From the NCBI GenBank assembly GCA_013288815.1, contig JABDBD010000004.1, positions 18,404-82,403 on the forward strand: DNA of 64,000 nucleotides. The letters are read 5' to 3'. Below are positions 49,255 to 61,138 of this stretch, piece after piece. A model generated the notes under the pieces. The model was not told the DNA's origin and ran no database searches. It was given only the letters and a program-made list of their open reading frames with translations. The translations under genes were made by a program, and so were the position numbers. This DNA comes from Gammaproteobacteria bacterium (lineage in GTDB: Bacteria > Pseudomonadota > Gammaproteobacteria > DSM-16500). Each line of letters begins with the position of its first letter. Position 1 is the first letter of the stretch.

Positions 49255-50376
49255 ATGAAAGTGTTGACAGTATTTGGTACACGGCCAGAAGCCATAAAGA
49301 TGATCCCAGTTCTGAAGGCTCTTACTGAGTGCTCGATTGAATCAAGAATATGTGTAACAGGTCAACATCGGAGTATGCTAGATCAAGTATTATCACTCTA
49401 TAATATCACTCCCCATTACGATCTCGATATCATGGAAGTCAATCAAACTCTCACTAGTATTACTCGTAAGGTGATGAGTGGATTAGAATCGGTTTTTTCT
49501 GAATTTAAGCCGGACTGGGTATTAGTTCAGGGTGATACCAGCACCACTTTTGCAAGTTCTCTTGCTGCATTTTACAAAAAAATATTTGTAGGGCACATAG
49601 AGGCAGGGTTGCGCACTCGCCATATCTATTCTCCCTGGCCAGAGGAAATGAATCGTCAGTTAACAACACGTATTGCTAATTTACATTTTGCTCCTACTCT
49701 TGAGGCCAAAGAAAATTTATTAGCTGAGCAAGTGCTGGAAGAAAAAATTTCCGTGACGGGCAATACGGTTATTGATACGTTGCTTGAGACTGTAAACTAT
49801 TTTGATTCAAATCCGCATATTACTGCGTCAATCGCTGAGCAATTTAACTTTTTAGATAAAAATCGTAAATTGATATTAATTACGTCGCACCGAAGAGAGA
49901 ACTTTGGTAATGGCTTGCAACAAGTCTGTCGCGCATTGCTGCATTTGTCTGAGCGTAATGATGTTCAGATTCTGTATCCTGTACATTTAAATCCGAATAT
50001 CTCTGATACCGTGGATAAATTATTACGCAATAAAAAAAATATTTTTTTAATTCATCCTCAAGAATACTTACCCTTTGTCTATTTAATGATGCGATCTTAT
50101 CTCATTTTAACGGATTCCGGCGGCATACAAGAAGAGGCTCCATCGTTAGGAAAGCCAGTGCTGGTTGCTCGAGATACGACTGAGAGACCTGAAGGAATTG
50201 CGGCAGGGACAGCAAAATTAGTTGGTGTTAACAAAGATGAAATCATTAGACATATCGAAGAATTATTAGATAACAAAATGATATATGAACAAATGAGTCA
50301 ATCGCAGAATCCCTATGGCGATGGCAAAGCAGCGCAACGAATAGTAGAGAGATTACAACATGAGCATAGTGTTTAA
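49255..50376 (+). CDS. wecB: UDP-GlcNAc 2-epimerase (non-hydrolysing)
   Basis: FGTRPEAIK, TGQHR, VQGDT, HIEAGLRT, PWPEEMNR, TDSGGIQEEAP. Confidence 0.96.
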   Translation: MKVLTVFGTRPEAIKMIPVLKALTECSIESRICVTGQHRSMLDQVLSLYNITPHYDLDIMEVNQTLTSITRKVMSGLESVFSEFKPDWVLVQGDTSTTFASSLAAFYKKIFVGHIEAGLRTRHIYSPWPEEMNRQLTTRIANLHFAPTLEAKENLLAEQVLEEKISVTGNTVIDTLLETVNYFDSNPHITASIAEQFNFLDKNRKLILITSHRRENFGNGLQQVCRALLHLSERNDVQILYPVHLNPNISDTVDKLLRNKKNIFLIHPQEYLPFVYLMMRSYLILTDSGGIQEEAPSLGKPVLVARDTTERPEGIAAGTAKLVGVNKDEIIRHIEELLDNKMIYEQMSQSQNPYGDGKAAQRIVERLQHEHSV

Positions 50377-51658
50377 TAATATAGCAATAATAGGTTTAGG
50401 GTATATTGGATTACCAACTGCTGCAATGCTTGCTTCAAAGGCAATTCATGTGCGCGGAGTCGATATTAATGAGAATATCATTACGACGATTAACTCTGGA
50501 AAGGTGCATATTGTTGAGCATGGTCTTGAAGATATTGTACATGATGCTGTGAAGTCAGAGTATTTGCAGGCCTCAAAGTTTCCAGAGTCTGCTGATGCAT
50601 TTATAATTACAGTTCCAACACCTTTTAAAGAAAATTACGAACCAGATTTGTCATTTGTAACGGCAGCGGTTGATTCCATTGCGCCTGTATTGAAAAAAGG
50701 TGATCTCATCATTTTAGAGTCAACCTCGCCTGTTGGTACAACAGAGCAAATCTCCTATCAATTAGCAAAGTTGAGAGATGACCTTGTTTTCCCGCATCAA
50801 TCTGAAAAATGTGATATTCATATTGCGTATTGTCCTGAGAGAGTCATGCCTGGGAGAGTCATTCGAGAGCTGATTGAAAATGATAGAATTATAGGTGGGA
50901 TGACAGCGCAATGTTCGATGAAGGCAAAAGCATTATATCAATTGTTTGTTATAGGTGAATGCATTACGACAACTTGTCGATTAGCAGAAATGACTAAGCT
51001 AACAGAAAACGCTTTCAGAGACGTTAATATTGCATTTGCAAATGAACTCTCAATGATATGTGACAAATTAAATATTAATGTCTGGGAATTGATAAAATTA
51101 GCGAATCATCATCCTCGCGTTAACATTCTGCAGCCTGGACCGGGTGTAGGTGGGCATTGTATTGCTGTGGATCCTTGGTTTATTGTCAATGCAGCGAATG
51201 AAGAAGCTAAGCTTATTCGTGCTGCGCGAGAGGTTAACGACAGAAAAGAACACTTTGTAACAACAAAAATAAAAAATGCAGCGCAAGATTTTTCAAAACC
51301 TGTTATTGCTTGCTTGGGAATAACTTACAAAGCAGATACAGATGATATTCGCGAAAGTCCGACGATTAACATCTTGAGACAGCTTGCATTAGAGGCTGAT
51401 TATGATTTTTTAATTGTTGAGCCAAATGTGAGTCAGTTACCTCATGTTTTTTCTCAGAATAAAAAATTTAAATTGGTGTCAATTGAAACAGCGTTAGCTT
51501 CAGCAAACATTGTTGTGCTGATGGTAAATCATAAAGAATTTCATGAATTAATCACAAAGTTTTCCCATCCTAAAACAGTTCTGAATTTTGCTAGCGCAAA
51601 GCAATTTTTAAAATCAACATCACACAAAATAAAAGAAGAGCCACTGATTCCTGCATGA
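50360..51658 (+). CDS. wecC: UDP-ManNAc dehydrogenase
   Basis: GLGYIGLPTA, ESTSPVGTT, CPERV, PGPGVGGHCIAVDPWF. Confidence 0.94.
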   Translation: MSIVFNNIAIIGLGYIGLPTAAMLASKAIHVRGVDINENIITTINSGKVHIVEHGLEDIVHDAVKSEYLQASKFPESADAFIITVPTPFKENYEPDLSFVTAAVDSIAPVLKKGDLIILESTSPVGTTEQISYQLAKLRDDLVFPHQSEKCDIHIAYCPERVMPGRVIRELIENDRIIGGMTAQCSMKAKALYQLFVIGECITTTCRLAEMTKLTENAFRDVNIAFANELSMICDKLNINVWELIKLANHHPRVNILQPGPGVGGHCIAVDPWFIVNAANEEAKLIRAAREVNDRKEHFVTTKIKNAAQDFSKPVIACLGITYKADTDDIRESPTINILRQLALEADYDFLIVEPNVSQLPHVFSQNKKFKLVSIETALASANIVVLMVNHKEFHELITKFSHPKTVLNFASAKQFLKSTSHKIKEEPLIPA

Positions 51659-52899
51659 ATATTTTATTTTTAACTGATAATTTTTTTCCGGAACGAAATG
51701 CTGCTGCTTCGCGTGTATATGAGCGAGCTTGTTATTGGGTTAAGTGGGGGCATCAGGTAACAGTGATTACGTGCACTCCTAATTTTCCGGAAGGGAAGGT
51801 GTTTAAAGGGTATAAAAATAAATGGTATCAAGTTGAAAATATAGACGGTATTCGAGTTGTTCGGATCAAAACATTTATTGCTGCGAATAAAGGATTTTTT
51901 TTACGAATAATCGATTCTATATCATTTACGATTCCAGCCATTATAGCCGGTTTGTTCCAACAAAAACCTGATGTTGTTGTGGCAACTTCTCCAAGTCTTT
52001 TTGCTGCAGTAGCAGGATTGGTTGTTGCTAAAATTCGACGGCTACCTTTTGTCATGGAAGTCTCAGATCTTTGGCCTGCGTCGATTATCGGCGTTGGAGC
52101 TATGAAGGAAAGTTTTCTCATTCGGTGTTTAGAAAAACTAGAGTTATTTTTATATCGTCATGCTGCATCGCTAATTGTTTTGTCTCCTGCGTTTCAAGAA
52201 AATTTGATCTCCAGAAATATCTCGGCAGATAAGATTCATGTTGTTATCAACGGAGTCGATATGACGCGCTACTATCCGCGTCCACCCGAGTTAGAGCTTG
52301 CAAAACAATATCAAATAACTGCCGATCACTTTGTTGTGGGTTATATTGGTACGCATGGAATGGCTCATGCATTAGAAAATATTTTACACTCTGCAGAGCT
52401 GCTGAAGCATCAGCCCAATATTAAATTTTTATTTGTAGGTGCGGGAGCGGCTCGTGATGAATTAATGCGTGAAGCAGAAAAAAAAGCATTAAATAATGTG
52501 TGTTTTGTTCCTTCGCAAGCAAAAGAAAAAATAGCTGATTTTTGGAGTTTATGTCATATTGCGTTAGTCCATTTAAAAAATTCCCCTGTGTTTGCTGAAG
52601 TCATACCTTCTAAAATTTTTGAGGCTATGGGAATGGGCTTGCCTATTGTTATCGCTGCGCCTGCTGGTGTTGCGGTATCTATCGTAGAGGATGACAACGT
52701 GGGGGTGTCAGTAGAGCCTGAAAATCCCAAATTATTAGCACACACGATAAATCATTTTTTTGAAAATCCAGGCCAGCTTGAAGTGCTAGCAAAGAATAGT
52801 TATAAAAAAGCACCCAACTTTAGTCGTGAGCAACAAGCCAAGAATTTTATCTTGGTTCTCAAGCAAACATTGACGACTGTTCCAAATAATCATGAATAA
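51655..52899 (+). CDS. GT4 glycosyltransferase (WbuB-like)
   Basis: DNFFPERNA, PNFPEG, DLWPAS, GTHGMAH, PSKIFEAM. Confidence 0.88.
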   Translation: MNILFLTDNFFPERNAAASRVYERACYWVKWGHQVTVITCTPNFPEGKVFKGYKNKWYQVENIDGIRVVRIKTFIAANKGFFLRIIDSISFTIPAIIAGLFQQKPDVVVATSPSLFAAVAGLVVAKIRRLPFVMEVSDLWPASIIGVGAMKESFLIRCLEKLELFLYRHAASLIVLSPAFQENLISRNISADKIHVVINGVDMTRYYPRPPELELAKQYQITADHFVVGYIGTHGMAHALENILHSAELLKHQPNIKFLFVGAGAARDELMREAEKKALNNVCFVPSQAKEKIADFWSLCHIALVHLKNSPVFAEVIPSKIFEAMGMGLPIVIAAPAGVAVSIVEDDNVGVSVEPENPKLLAHTINHFFENPGQLEVLAKNSYKKAPNFSREQQAKNFILVLKQTLTTVPNNHE

Positions 52900-54544
52900 A
52901 AATTTTTATATGAAAGCTAGTACTTATTACCATACTCTTAAGTATCTTAAGTTAACACAGTTATATGGTCAGTTTGTTTTTCGATTTAAAAGGCCGAGGA
53001 TAAAATTTACTACCAACGCATCCCAAAAAAAAGTAAATGCAAAATGGACGCTTCCTATTTTAGAACTGCCACAGTTATCATTGCCAGATAGGCTAACCTT
53101 TCTGAATCAAGAAAAAAATATAACAGATAAAGATATCTGGAATAGTGGTACTGGTGACGAGAAGTTATGGAGGTATAACTTACATTATTTTGATTTTGTT
53201 AATTCAAAGAACTTTTCAAACGAAGGTAGTTGGTCTGCTTCGATTATTCATCGATGGATAAAAGAAAATCCTCCTGTCAATGGTTGTGGATGGGATCCGT
53301 ATCCTATTTCTCTTCGAGTAGTGAACTGGGTGAAATGGATTTTGAATGGGAATATCGCAAGCCAAGAAATGTTAGATAGTCTATATTTACAAAGTCGTTA
53401 TTTAAATAAGCGAATTGAGTTCCATATATTAGGAAACCATATTTTAGCAAATGCGAAAGCCTTATTGTTTGCTGGTCTATTTTTTAACGGTAAAGAATCT
53501 GAGGCATGGTTTAAGAAAGGACTGAAATTATATAATAAACAAATGAAAGCTCAAGTGCTGGAGGATGGTGGACATTTCGAATTAAGTCCAATGTATCATG
53601 CGATAATTTTAGAAGATTTACTCGATGTAATAAATATTTTCAAAACCTTTGATAAAGAAATAGATGCGTGCTGGCTAAAGCAATGTAAGAAAATGTTTTT
53701 TTGGTTACAAGCAATGTCTCATTTAGATGGCGACATTGCTTTTTTTAATGATGCTGCAGCTAATGTGGCGCCGACTTTAAGTCAGCTTCATGAATATTCA
53801 AATCGGCTTGGTCTGAATAATAAATTAAGTAATCTTGATTCAGTTCAAAGCTTTTCACAAAGCGGTTATTGTCGAATTCAAAAAAATAACATGTTGTTAT
53901 TAGCAGACATTGGCAATATAGGAGCGTCCTATCAACCTGGTCATGGTCATGCTGATGTATTAAGTTTTGAATTATCATTGGGTTCACAGAGAATGATTGT
54001 TAATTCGGGTACATCTACCTATAGTGAGAGTGATGAGCGTTTGAGACAGCGTAGCACGCATGCGCATAATACATTGGTTGTAGATGATAAAAATTCTTCA
54101 CATGTTTGGAAAAGTTTTAGGGTTGGACGAAGAGCACGAGTGCGTGACATTAAAATACAAAAATTAAATCACTTTCTACTTCTAAAGGCTTCTCATGATG
54201 GTTATTATCACGCGGATAAAATAATTCATACTCGATTGTGGAAAATTGAAAATAATAAACTCTTGATTGAGGACTCGGTGACTGGAGAGGGAATACATGC
54301 AGTTGATATTTATTTTCATTTTCACCCTGAAATTCAGGTCAACCAAGTTCAATCAAATTCATTTGATGTATTGACAAGATCTGGTTTAAAAATTGCTTCC
54401 ATAAAAATGAATAATGACTCACAGCTAGTTGAGAGTACTTATCACCCTGAATTTAATGTATCGATTGCCAATAAAAAAATTGTTACCAAGGTTTATCAGC
54501 CACTGCCCGCAGTTTTTCAAACTACCATTGAGTTTAATGACTAA
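52892..54544 (+). CDS. heparinase II/III-family protein
   Basis: LWRYNLHYFD, WDPYPISLR, GNH, DGGHFELSPMYH, PGHGHADVLSFELS, RSTHAHNT. Confidence 0.88.
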   Translation: MNKNFYMKASTYYHTLKYLKLTQLYGQFVFRFKRPRIKFTTNASQKKVNAKWTLPILELPQLSLPDRLTFLNQEKNITDKDIWNSGTGDEKLWRYNLHYFDFVNSKNFSNEGSWSASIIHRWIKENPPVNGCGWDPYPISLRVVNWVKWILNGNIASQEMLDSLYLQSRYLNKRIEFHILGNHILANAKALLFAGLFFNGKESEAWFKKGLKLYNKQMKAQVLEDGGHFELSPMYHAIILEDLLDVINIFKTFDKEIDACWLKQCKKMFFWLQAMSHLDGDIAFFNDAAANVAPTLSQLHEYSNRLGLNNKLSNLDSVQSFSQSGYCRIQKNNMLLLADIGNIGASYQPGHGHADVLSFELSLGSQRMIVNSGTSTYSESDERLRQRSTHAHNTLVVDDKNSSHVWKSFRVGRRARVRDIKIQKLNHFLLLKASHDGYYHADKIIHTRLWKIENNKLLIEDSVTGEGIHAVDIYFHFHPEIQVNQVQSNSFDVLTRSGLKIASIKMNNDSQLVESTYHPEFNVSIANKKIVTKVYQPLPAVFQTTIEFND

Positions 54545-54552
54545 GGATATTT

Positions 54553-56670
54553 ATGAAGAGAATTTTACAATCCTTAAAAACAGGCGAAACTGAGCTTGCA
54601 GAAACTCCCTGTCCAAACGTAAAACCGGGTCATTTATTAATTCAGACTAGCTATTCCTTATTATCACCTGGCACTGAAAAAATGTTGATTGACTTTGGTA
54701 AGTCATCACTCCTGCAGAAAATACGAAAACAGCCTGATAAGGTTAGAATGGTTGTCGATAAAATGAAAACAGATGGTATTTTGCCGACATTAGAAGCTGT
54801 GCGAAATAAGTTAGATCAGAAGTTGCCATTGGGATATTGTAACGTTGGATCAATATTAGAAGTTGGGTCGGGAGTGAAAAGCTTCCAGGTTGGTGACCGT
54901 GTTATCTCGAATGGTTCTCATGCAGAAATTGTATGTATTCCTAAAAATCTTTGCTGCAAAATTCCAGATTCTGTTTCGGATGAAGAGGCTGCATTTACTG
55001 TGATAGGTTCTATTGCTTTGCAAGGCATTCGCTTAGCAAATCCTACGTTGGGGGAATTTTTTGTTGTTATTGGTTTGGGCTTGATTGGATTATTGACTGT
55101 ACAATTACTTCGTGCGCAAGGTTGTCGTGTGCTAGGAATTGATTTTGACACAAAAAAAATTGAACTTGCTGCTTCGTTTGGTGCTGACACGGTCAATCTT
55201 TCATTAGGCGAAGATCCAATTGCAAAAGCACATGCTTTCTCAAGAGGGCGAGGTGTCGATGGGGTTTTAATTACAGCATCAACGCAAAGCAGTGAACCTG
55301 TTCATCAAGCAGCAACCATGTGCCGTAAAAAAGGACGTATTGTTTTAGTCGGTGTGACGGGATTGGAATTGTCTCGTGCCGATTTTTACGAAAAAGAACT
55401 TTCGTTTCAAGTTTCTTGCTCGTATGGCCCAGGCAGATATGATTCTCATTATGAAGAAGAAGGGCATGACTATCCTCTGGGGCATGTGCGTTGGACTGCG
55501 CAACGAAACTTCGAAGCATTTTTAGATATGCTTGCTAGTCAACATGTTGATGTGACTTCTCTCGTTTCTAAACGTTTTGCTTTTGATGATGCGCTTCAAG
55601 CTTATCAACATTTAAATGATAATAGTCATCCAATCGGTATTATCTTGGATTATCATAATAATGCGAATACTGCTTCGCGTTCTAAAACGATCACGCTGAA
55701 ATCGACAGTAGCGTCAAAAAAAACAAGCCAAGTCTGTATTGGAATGATAGGCGCAGGCAATTATGCCAGTCGCATATTAATTCCGGCATTCAAAAAAACA
55801 AATGCTCATTTAAAGATAATTGCCTGCAATGGTGGGATGAATGGTATTCATGTCGGAAAAAAATTTGGATTTGACGCAGCAACAACAGACGTACAAAGCA
55901 TTTTTTCAGACCCGGAAATTAATACTGTTGTTATTGCCACAAGACATAATAATCACGCTCAGCTTGTTTGTGAAAGTATTAAAGCAAATAAACATGTGTT
56001 TGTTGAAAAGCCGCTGTGTCTTACTTTCAATGAACTGCACGAGATTTCACAGCTCATCTCAAAAAATCCTTCATTACAGTTGATGGTAGGGTTTAATCGA
56101 CGTTTTGCTCCTCATATTCAAACAATTAAAAAATTATTAAACACAGTGAATGAACCCAAAACATTTATCATGACTGTGAATGCAGGTGACATTCCATCGA
56201 ATCATTGGACGCAGGATGCATCTGTAGGCGGCGGAAGAGTGATTGGCGAAGCATGCCATTTTATTGATCTTTTGCGTTTCTTGGCAGCAGCACCCATTGC
56301 AGATTTTCAAGTAACTAGAATGGGCAACACCTCTGTCACTGATGATAAAGTTACTATTACGCTTTCTTTTGCTGATGGATCATTTGGTACGATTCATTAT
56401 TTGGCAAATGGTCATAAAGGTTTTCCTAAAGAACGATTAGAAATATTTACTTCGGGGAAAATTTTACAGCTAGATAATTTTCGCAAATTGCTCGGGTGGG
56501 GTTGGTCTGGGTTTACCAAGATGAATTTATGGCGACAGGATAAGGGTCAATTGGCTTGTGCTCAGGCGTTTGTGGGCGCAATTGTAAATGGTTTAGCGTC
56601 ACCTATTTCGGTGGATGAGTTGGTTGAGGTGAGTAAGGTGACCTTAGAAATTGCGAGAGGGCACTGCTAA
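54553..56670 (+). CDS. bi-domain oxidoreductase (MDR dehydrogenase + Gfo/Idh/MocA)
   Basis: SPGTE, PLGYC, GLGLIG, SCSYGPGRYD; second domain IGAGNYA, VEKPL, GFNRRF. Confidence 0.9.
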   Translation: MKRILQSLKTGETELAETPCPNVKPGHLLIQTSYSLLSPGTEKMLIDFGKSSLLQKIRKQPDKVRMVVDKMKTDGILPTLEAVRNKLDQKLPLGYCNVGSILEVGSGVKSFQVGDRVISNGSHAEIVCIPKNLCCKIPDSVSDEEAAFTVIGSIALQGIRLANPTLGEFFVVIGLGLIGLLTVQLLRAQGCRVLGIDFDTKKIELAASFGADTVNLSLGEDPIAKAHAFSRGRGVDGVLITASTQSSEPVHQAATMCRKKGRIVLVGVTGLELSRADFYEKELSFQVSCSYGPGRYDSHYEEEGHDYPLGHVRWTAQRNFEAFLDMLASQHVDVTSLVSKRFAFDDALQAYQHLNDNSHPIGIILDYHNNANTASRSKTITLKSTVASKKTSQVCIGMIGAGNYASRILIPAFKKTNAHLKIIACNGGMNGIHVGKKFGFDAATTDVQSIFSDPEINTVVIATRHNNHAQLVCESIKANKHVFVEKPLCLTFNELHEISQLISKNPSLQLMVGFNRRFAPHIQTIKKLLNTVNEPKTFIMTVNAGDIPSNHWTQDASVGGGRVIGEACHFIDLLRFLAAAPIADFQVTRMGNTSVTDDKVTITLSFADGSFGTIHYLANGHKGFPKERLEIFTSGKILQLDNFRKLLGWGWSGFTKMNLWRQDKGQLACAQAFVGAIVNGLASPISVDELVEVSKVTLEIARGHC

Positions 56671-57702
56671 CGATTTTATTTTAATCCAAGTTAGAAATAG
56701 ACAAATGATTAAAATATTTAAGCATAGTTTAGATGCAGCTGGCCATTGAAGCAGTGTGAATGCAATGGGTAGTAATACACAGCAATTAATGATTAATATG
56801 CTTGTAGTCACTCGTTTGTGATTGGCACCAAAAGAAATTAAATGTTGGTATGCGTGCTCTCGGTGTGCGCTATACCATTTTTTGCCCTGATACATTCGAT
56901 ATAACAAAGTGAACGTCGCATCACAAATAAATATTGCTAACATCACCCACCAAAACGTAATAGGTAAAATATTGTTGTTGGCTGTATATAATCCTAAAAC
57001 AGCAAAAATATAACCTAAATATCCGCTCCCAACATCACCTAGGAAAATTTTTGCAGGCGGCCAATTCCAGATTGTAAATCCAGCGATGGATGCAGCTAAT
57101 AAACTCATGACTAGTGCTAAATAAGGTGCGCCTGTCCACCATAATGCTATGCTGCTTCCCATAGCAACAAACATTCCTTCACTACCTGCAAGACCATCGA
57201 TTCCATCCATAAAATTGTAAAAATTAATGTACCAAACAATACCTATTGCAGTTAATGTATAGTTAACTATATCTAGTAATATGTGTGGTGATGCCAAAGT
57301 TAAAAAGGAAAAGCTTCCCATCCAATAGAGTGCCCATGCTGCTGCTAAGCTATGAAGTAAAATGCGCCATTTTGCGCTGACAGAATAAATGTCATCACAG
57401 TAGCCTGTGGTGGCTATCGTTATTCCGCCGCCTATCAGTGCTAGATATAAATTTGTCTGAATGTAATTTGCCCACTTCAACCCGAAAAGAACGAAAGTAA
57501 ATGTCAGAACAATTGCGATGCCGCCACCGCGAGGAGTTGGAATAGCATGAGAGCTGCGTTCATTGGGAATATCCAGAATGGATTTTTTTATTGCATAAAG
57601 ACGTGTTGTCCCTGTGAATAATGCAGAAAACAAAAAAATGACTAAGCTGCCAGCAATAACTTCAATATAAGACAATAAAGTTCCTGTCAATTTTAATTCC
57701 AT
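56644..57702 (-). CDS. MraY/WecA-family polyprenyl-phosphate HexNAc-1-P transferase (WbpL-like)
   Basis: PNERSSH..PTPRGGG, NFYNFMDGIDG, PPAKIFLGDVGS, AHREHAYQ; ATG 57702. Confidence 0.9.
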   Translation of the reverse strand: MELKLTGTLLSYIEVIAGSLVIFLFSALFTGTTRLYAIKKSILDIPNERSSHAIPTPRGGGIAIVLTFTFVLFGLKWANYIQTNLYLALIGGGITIATTGYCDDIYSVSAKWRILLHSLAAAWALYWMGSFSFLTLASPHILLDIVNYTLTAIGIVWYINFYNFMDGIDGLAGSEGMFVAMGSSIALWWTGAPYLALVMSLLAASIAGFTIWNWPPAKIFLGDVGSGYLGYIFAVLGLYTANNNILPITFWWVMLAIFICDATFTLLYRMYQGKKWYSAHREHAYQHLISFGANHKRVTTSILIINCCVLLPIAFTLLQWPAASKLCLNILIICLFLTWIKIKSLAVPSRNF

Positions 57703-57709
57703 AAATTTC

Positions 57710-58699
57710 TTATGTAAGTTGATTTCGGTAAGCTGCAATAATATCGGGTAGCATTTTTTGTAAATCATAGTTTGGTTTAAAGCCTAAGTCACGCTGAATA
57801 GCTTGAGAATCATACTGGGCTGAGCCAAATAATTTTGACATTGCATCTGAGTTAAATGGTAAGCGACGACCTGTCATTTTTTTCCCTATATCCCCGATCG
57901 ATGCGAGGACCTTAAAAAACCACAATGGAACATGCCATCTTGGGACTTGTTTTCCCAGGGCTTGGCGCATCAATACATACAACTCACGAGTAGAGTAATA
58001 TTGACCATCTGTTACAAAATAAATTTGACCATTCGCTTTTGGATTATCGGCTGCTAATAAGGCAGCGTGACAAATATCGGTTACGCTGATGAGGGAGCGT
58101 CGATTATGTGTTTCGGGCAGAGGGGGGAAGTATCCGCGATCAATGCTACGAAGCATACTATCTAAATTACCTTTCCATGCTGGGCCATAAACAAGGGATG
58201 GGCGTAAGATGCAGGCATGTATCTTATGTGTCTTAGCAGTATCAAGAATCCATTTTTCAGCTTCTCTTTTTGCTATTCCGTAAGGTGAATTGGGTGGAGA
58301 TATGTATTGTTCGTCAATACATTGCTCACTATCTCGAACCGCTTTGACACTGCTGAAAAAAATAAATTTTTTAACATTTGACCGTATGGCTTCGTTTAGA
58401 ATATTTTTCGAGCCTTGTAAGTTGATAGAGTTATGTTGATTCGTAAAAGCTGGGTTATTATCTGCCCAGGCGTGCGCGTAGCCAGCTAAGTGATAGACGG
58501 TTTCAATGCCAGTGCAAATACCATGTAAGCTATCTGCATTTGTTAAATCCCCTTCAACAATTTCTATTTCTTTTGGTAGATTAGTAGATTTTTTAGTATC
58601 TCGAATGAGTGCTCGGATGGTGACGTTTTTTTGTAGAAGATGTTGGATAAGATGATTACCTATAAATCCAGTAGCACCTGTGATTAATATTTTTACCAT
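57710..58699 (-). CDS. NAD-dependent epimerase/reductase (WbpK/WbpV-like)
   Basis: GATGFIG, SSVKA, YGIAK, RPSLVYGP..KGNL, NRRSLISV. Confidence 0.82.
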   Translation of the reverse strand: MVKILITGATGFIGNHLIQHLLQKNVTIRALIRDTKKSTNLPKEIEIVEGDLTNADSLHGICTGIETVYHLAGYAHAWADNNPAFTNQHNSINLQGSKNILNEAIRSNVKKFIFFSSVKAVRDSEQCIDEQYISPPNSPYGIAKREAEKWILDTAKTHKIHACILRPSLVYGPAWKGNLDSMLRSIDRGYFPPLPETHNRRSLISVTDICHAALLAADNPKANGQIYFVTDGQYYSTRELYVLMRQALGKQVPRWHVPLWFFKVLASIGDIGKKMTGRRLPFNSDAMSKLFGSAQYDSQAIQRDLGFKPNYDLQKMLPDIIAAYRNQLT

Positions 58700-58923
58700 G
58701 AGGCAGTATCCTTCAAGCCAGAGTGAATTTAAGTGTCATTGTAAAGAAAAAAACTTTAAATTGACAATTTTCATATTTCTAGGTGACTTATATAAATCGA
58801 ATTCTTATTTGCATATCACAAGTGCTAACAATTTTTTATTTTTTTAATTTTCAAAACGGGCTATAGTAGCTAACCTCAGTTATGGGTTGCTTAATATGGA
58901 TTATCTTTATCAAGATATTTTAA

Positions 58924-59928
<1,005 letters not shown>

Positions 59929-59977
59929 TGGGACGCAGCCCTCTACAATACAGAAAATTAGAGCTAATGGATATTAT

Positions 59978-61138
59978 ATGATTCCTTATGGCCGGCAAGA
60001 CATTAATAAGGCAGATATTGCCGCTGTTATTGAAGTATTGCAATCTGATTGGTTGACTCAAGGTCCAGTTGTGCCTCGTTTTGAGCGGGCTATTGTAGAT
60101 AAGGTAGGTTCTAAATATGCAGTAGCTGTAAATTCTGCTACAAGTGCTTTGCATATTGCTTGTCTAGCATTAGATCTTGGTCCGGGTGATTGGTTATGGA
60201 CATCACCAAATACATTTGTTGCCTCAGCAAATTGCGGGCTTTACTGCGGTGCTAGAGTCGATTTTGTTGATATAGATCCACGTACTTATAACATGAGTGT
60301 TGAAGCTCTTACCACAAAGCTTGCACAAGCCGAGCAGCTTGGGACATTGCCGAAAATAGTTGTGCCAGTACATTTTGCTGGCCAGTCTTGTGATATGGCA
60401 TCGATATACGAGCTTGCGCAGAAGTATGGTTTTAAAGTTATTGAAGATGCTTCTCATGCTATCGGTGGAAGATACAAAAATCAATCTGTTGGGTGTTGTG
60501 CCTACAGCGATATCACTGTTTTTAGTTTCCATCCCGTAAAGATTATCACTACGGGTGAGGGAGGTATGGCATTAACAAATAACCCTCAATTAACTGAGCG
60601 GTTGCAATTATTCCGTTCGCATGGAATCACGCGTAATCCACCACAGATGCAAAATACTTCCATGGGCTCTTGGTATTATGAGCAGTTAGAGCTTGGATTT
60701 AATTACCGAATGACTGACATGCAGGCCGCCCTGGGCTTGAGTCAGCTTGAGCGGCTGGATGAATTTGTTTCGCGACGTCATGTTTTGGCGTCTGTATATA
60801 ATGAAGTGCTCATAGATCTTCCCTTGGTTTTGCCATTTCAGGAGAAGGATTGTTATTCTGCCTTTCATTTGTATGTTGTTCAGATAGATCCATTACATTC
60901 ACCGTTAGATAGGTGCAAGTTATTTGAATATTTGCGGGCGGAAGGTGTTTTTGTCAATGTTCACTATATTCCAATTCACACCCAGCCTTATTATCAGCGC
61001 ATGAATTTTCATCCGGGACAATTTAGAGTGTCGGAACAATATTATGAAAATGCACTTACCCTTCCTTTGTTTTTTGGTCTTGGAGATACGCAGCAAGCTA
61101 AGGTTGTCGAGTTGCTTCGTAAGGCCTTGCAGGTATGA
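59978..61138 (+). CDS. pseC: UDP-4-amino-4,6-dideoxy-AltNAc transaminase
   Basis: IPYGRQ, WLTQGP, NSATSALH, EDASHA, FSFHPVKIITTGEGG. Confidence 0.93.
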   Translation: MIPYGRQDINKADIAAVIEVLQSDWLTQGPVVPRFERAIVDKVGSKYAVAVNSATSALHIACLALDLGPGDWLWTSPNTFVASANCGLYCGARVDFVDIDPRTYNMSVEALTTKLAQAEQLGTLPKIVVPVHFAGQSCDMASIYELAQKYGFKVIEDASHAIGGRYKNQSVGCCAYSDITVFSFHPVKIITTGEGGMALTNNPQLTERLQLFRSHGITRNPPQMQNTSMGSWYYEQLELGFNYRMTDMQAALGLSQLERLDEFVSRRHVLASVYNEVLIDLPLVLPFQEKDCYSAFHLYVVQIDPLHSPLDRCKLFEYLRAEGVFVNVHYIPIHTQPYYQRMNFHPGQFRVSEQYYENALTLPLFFGLGDTQQAKVVELLRKALQV

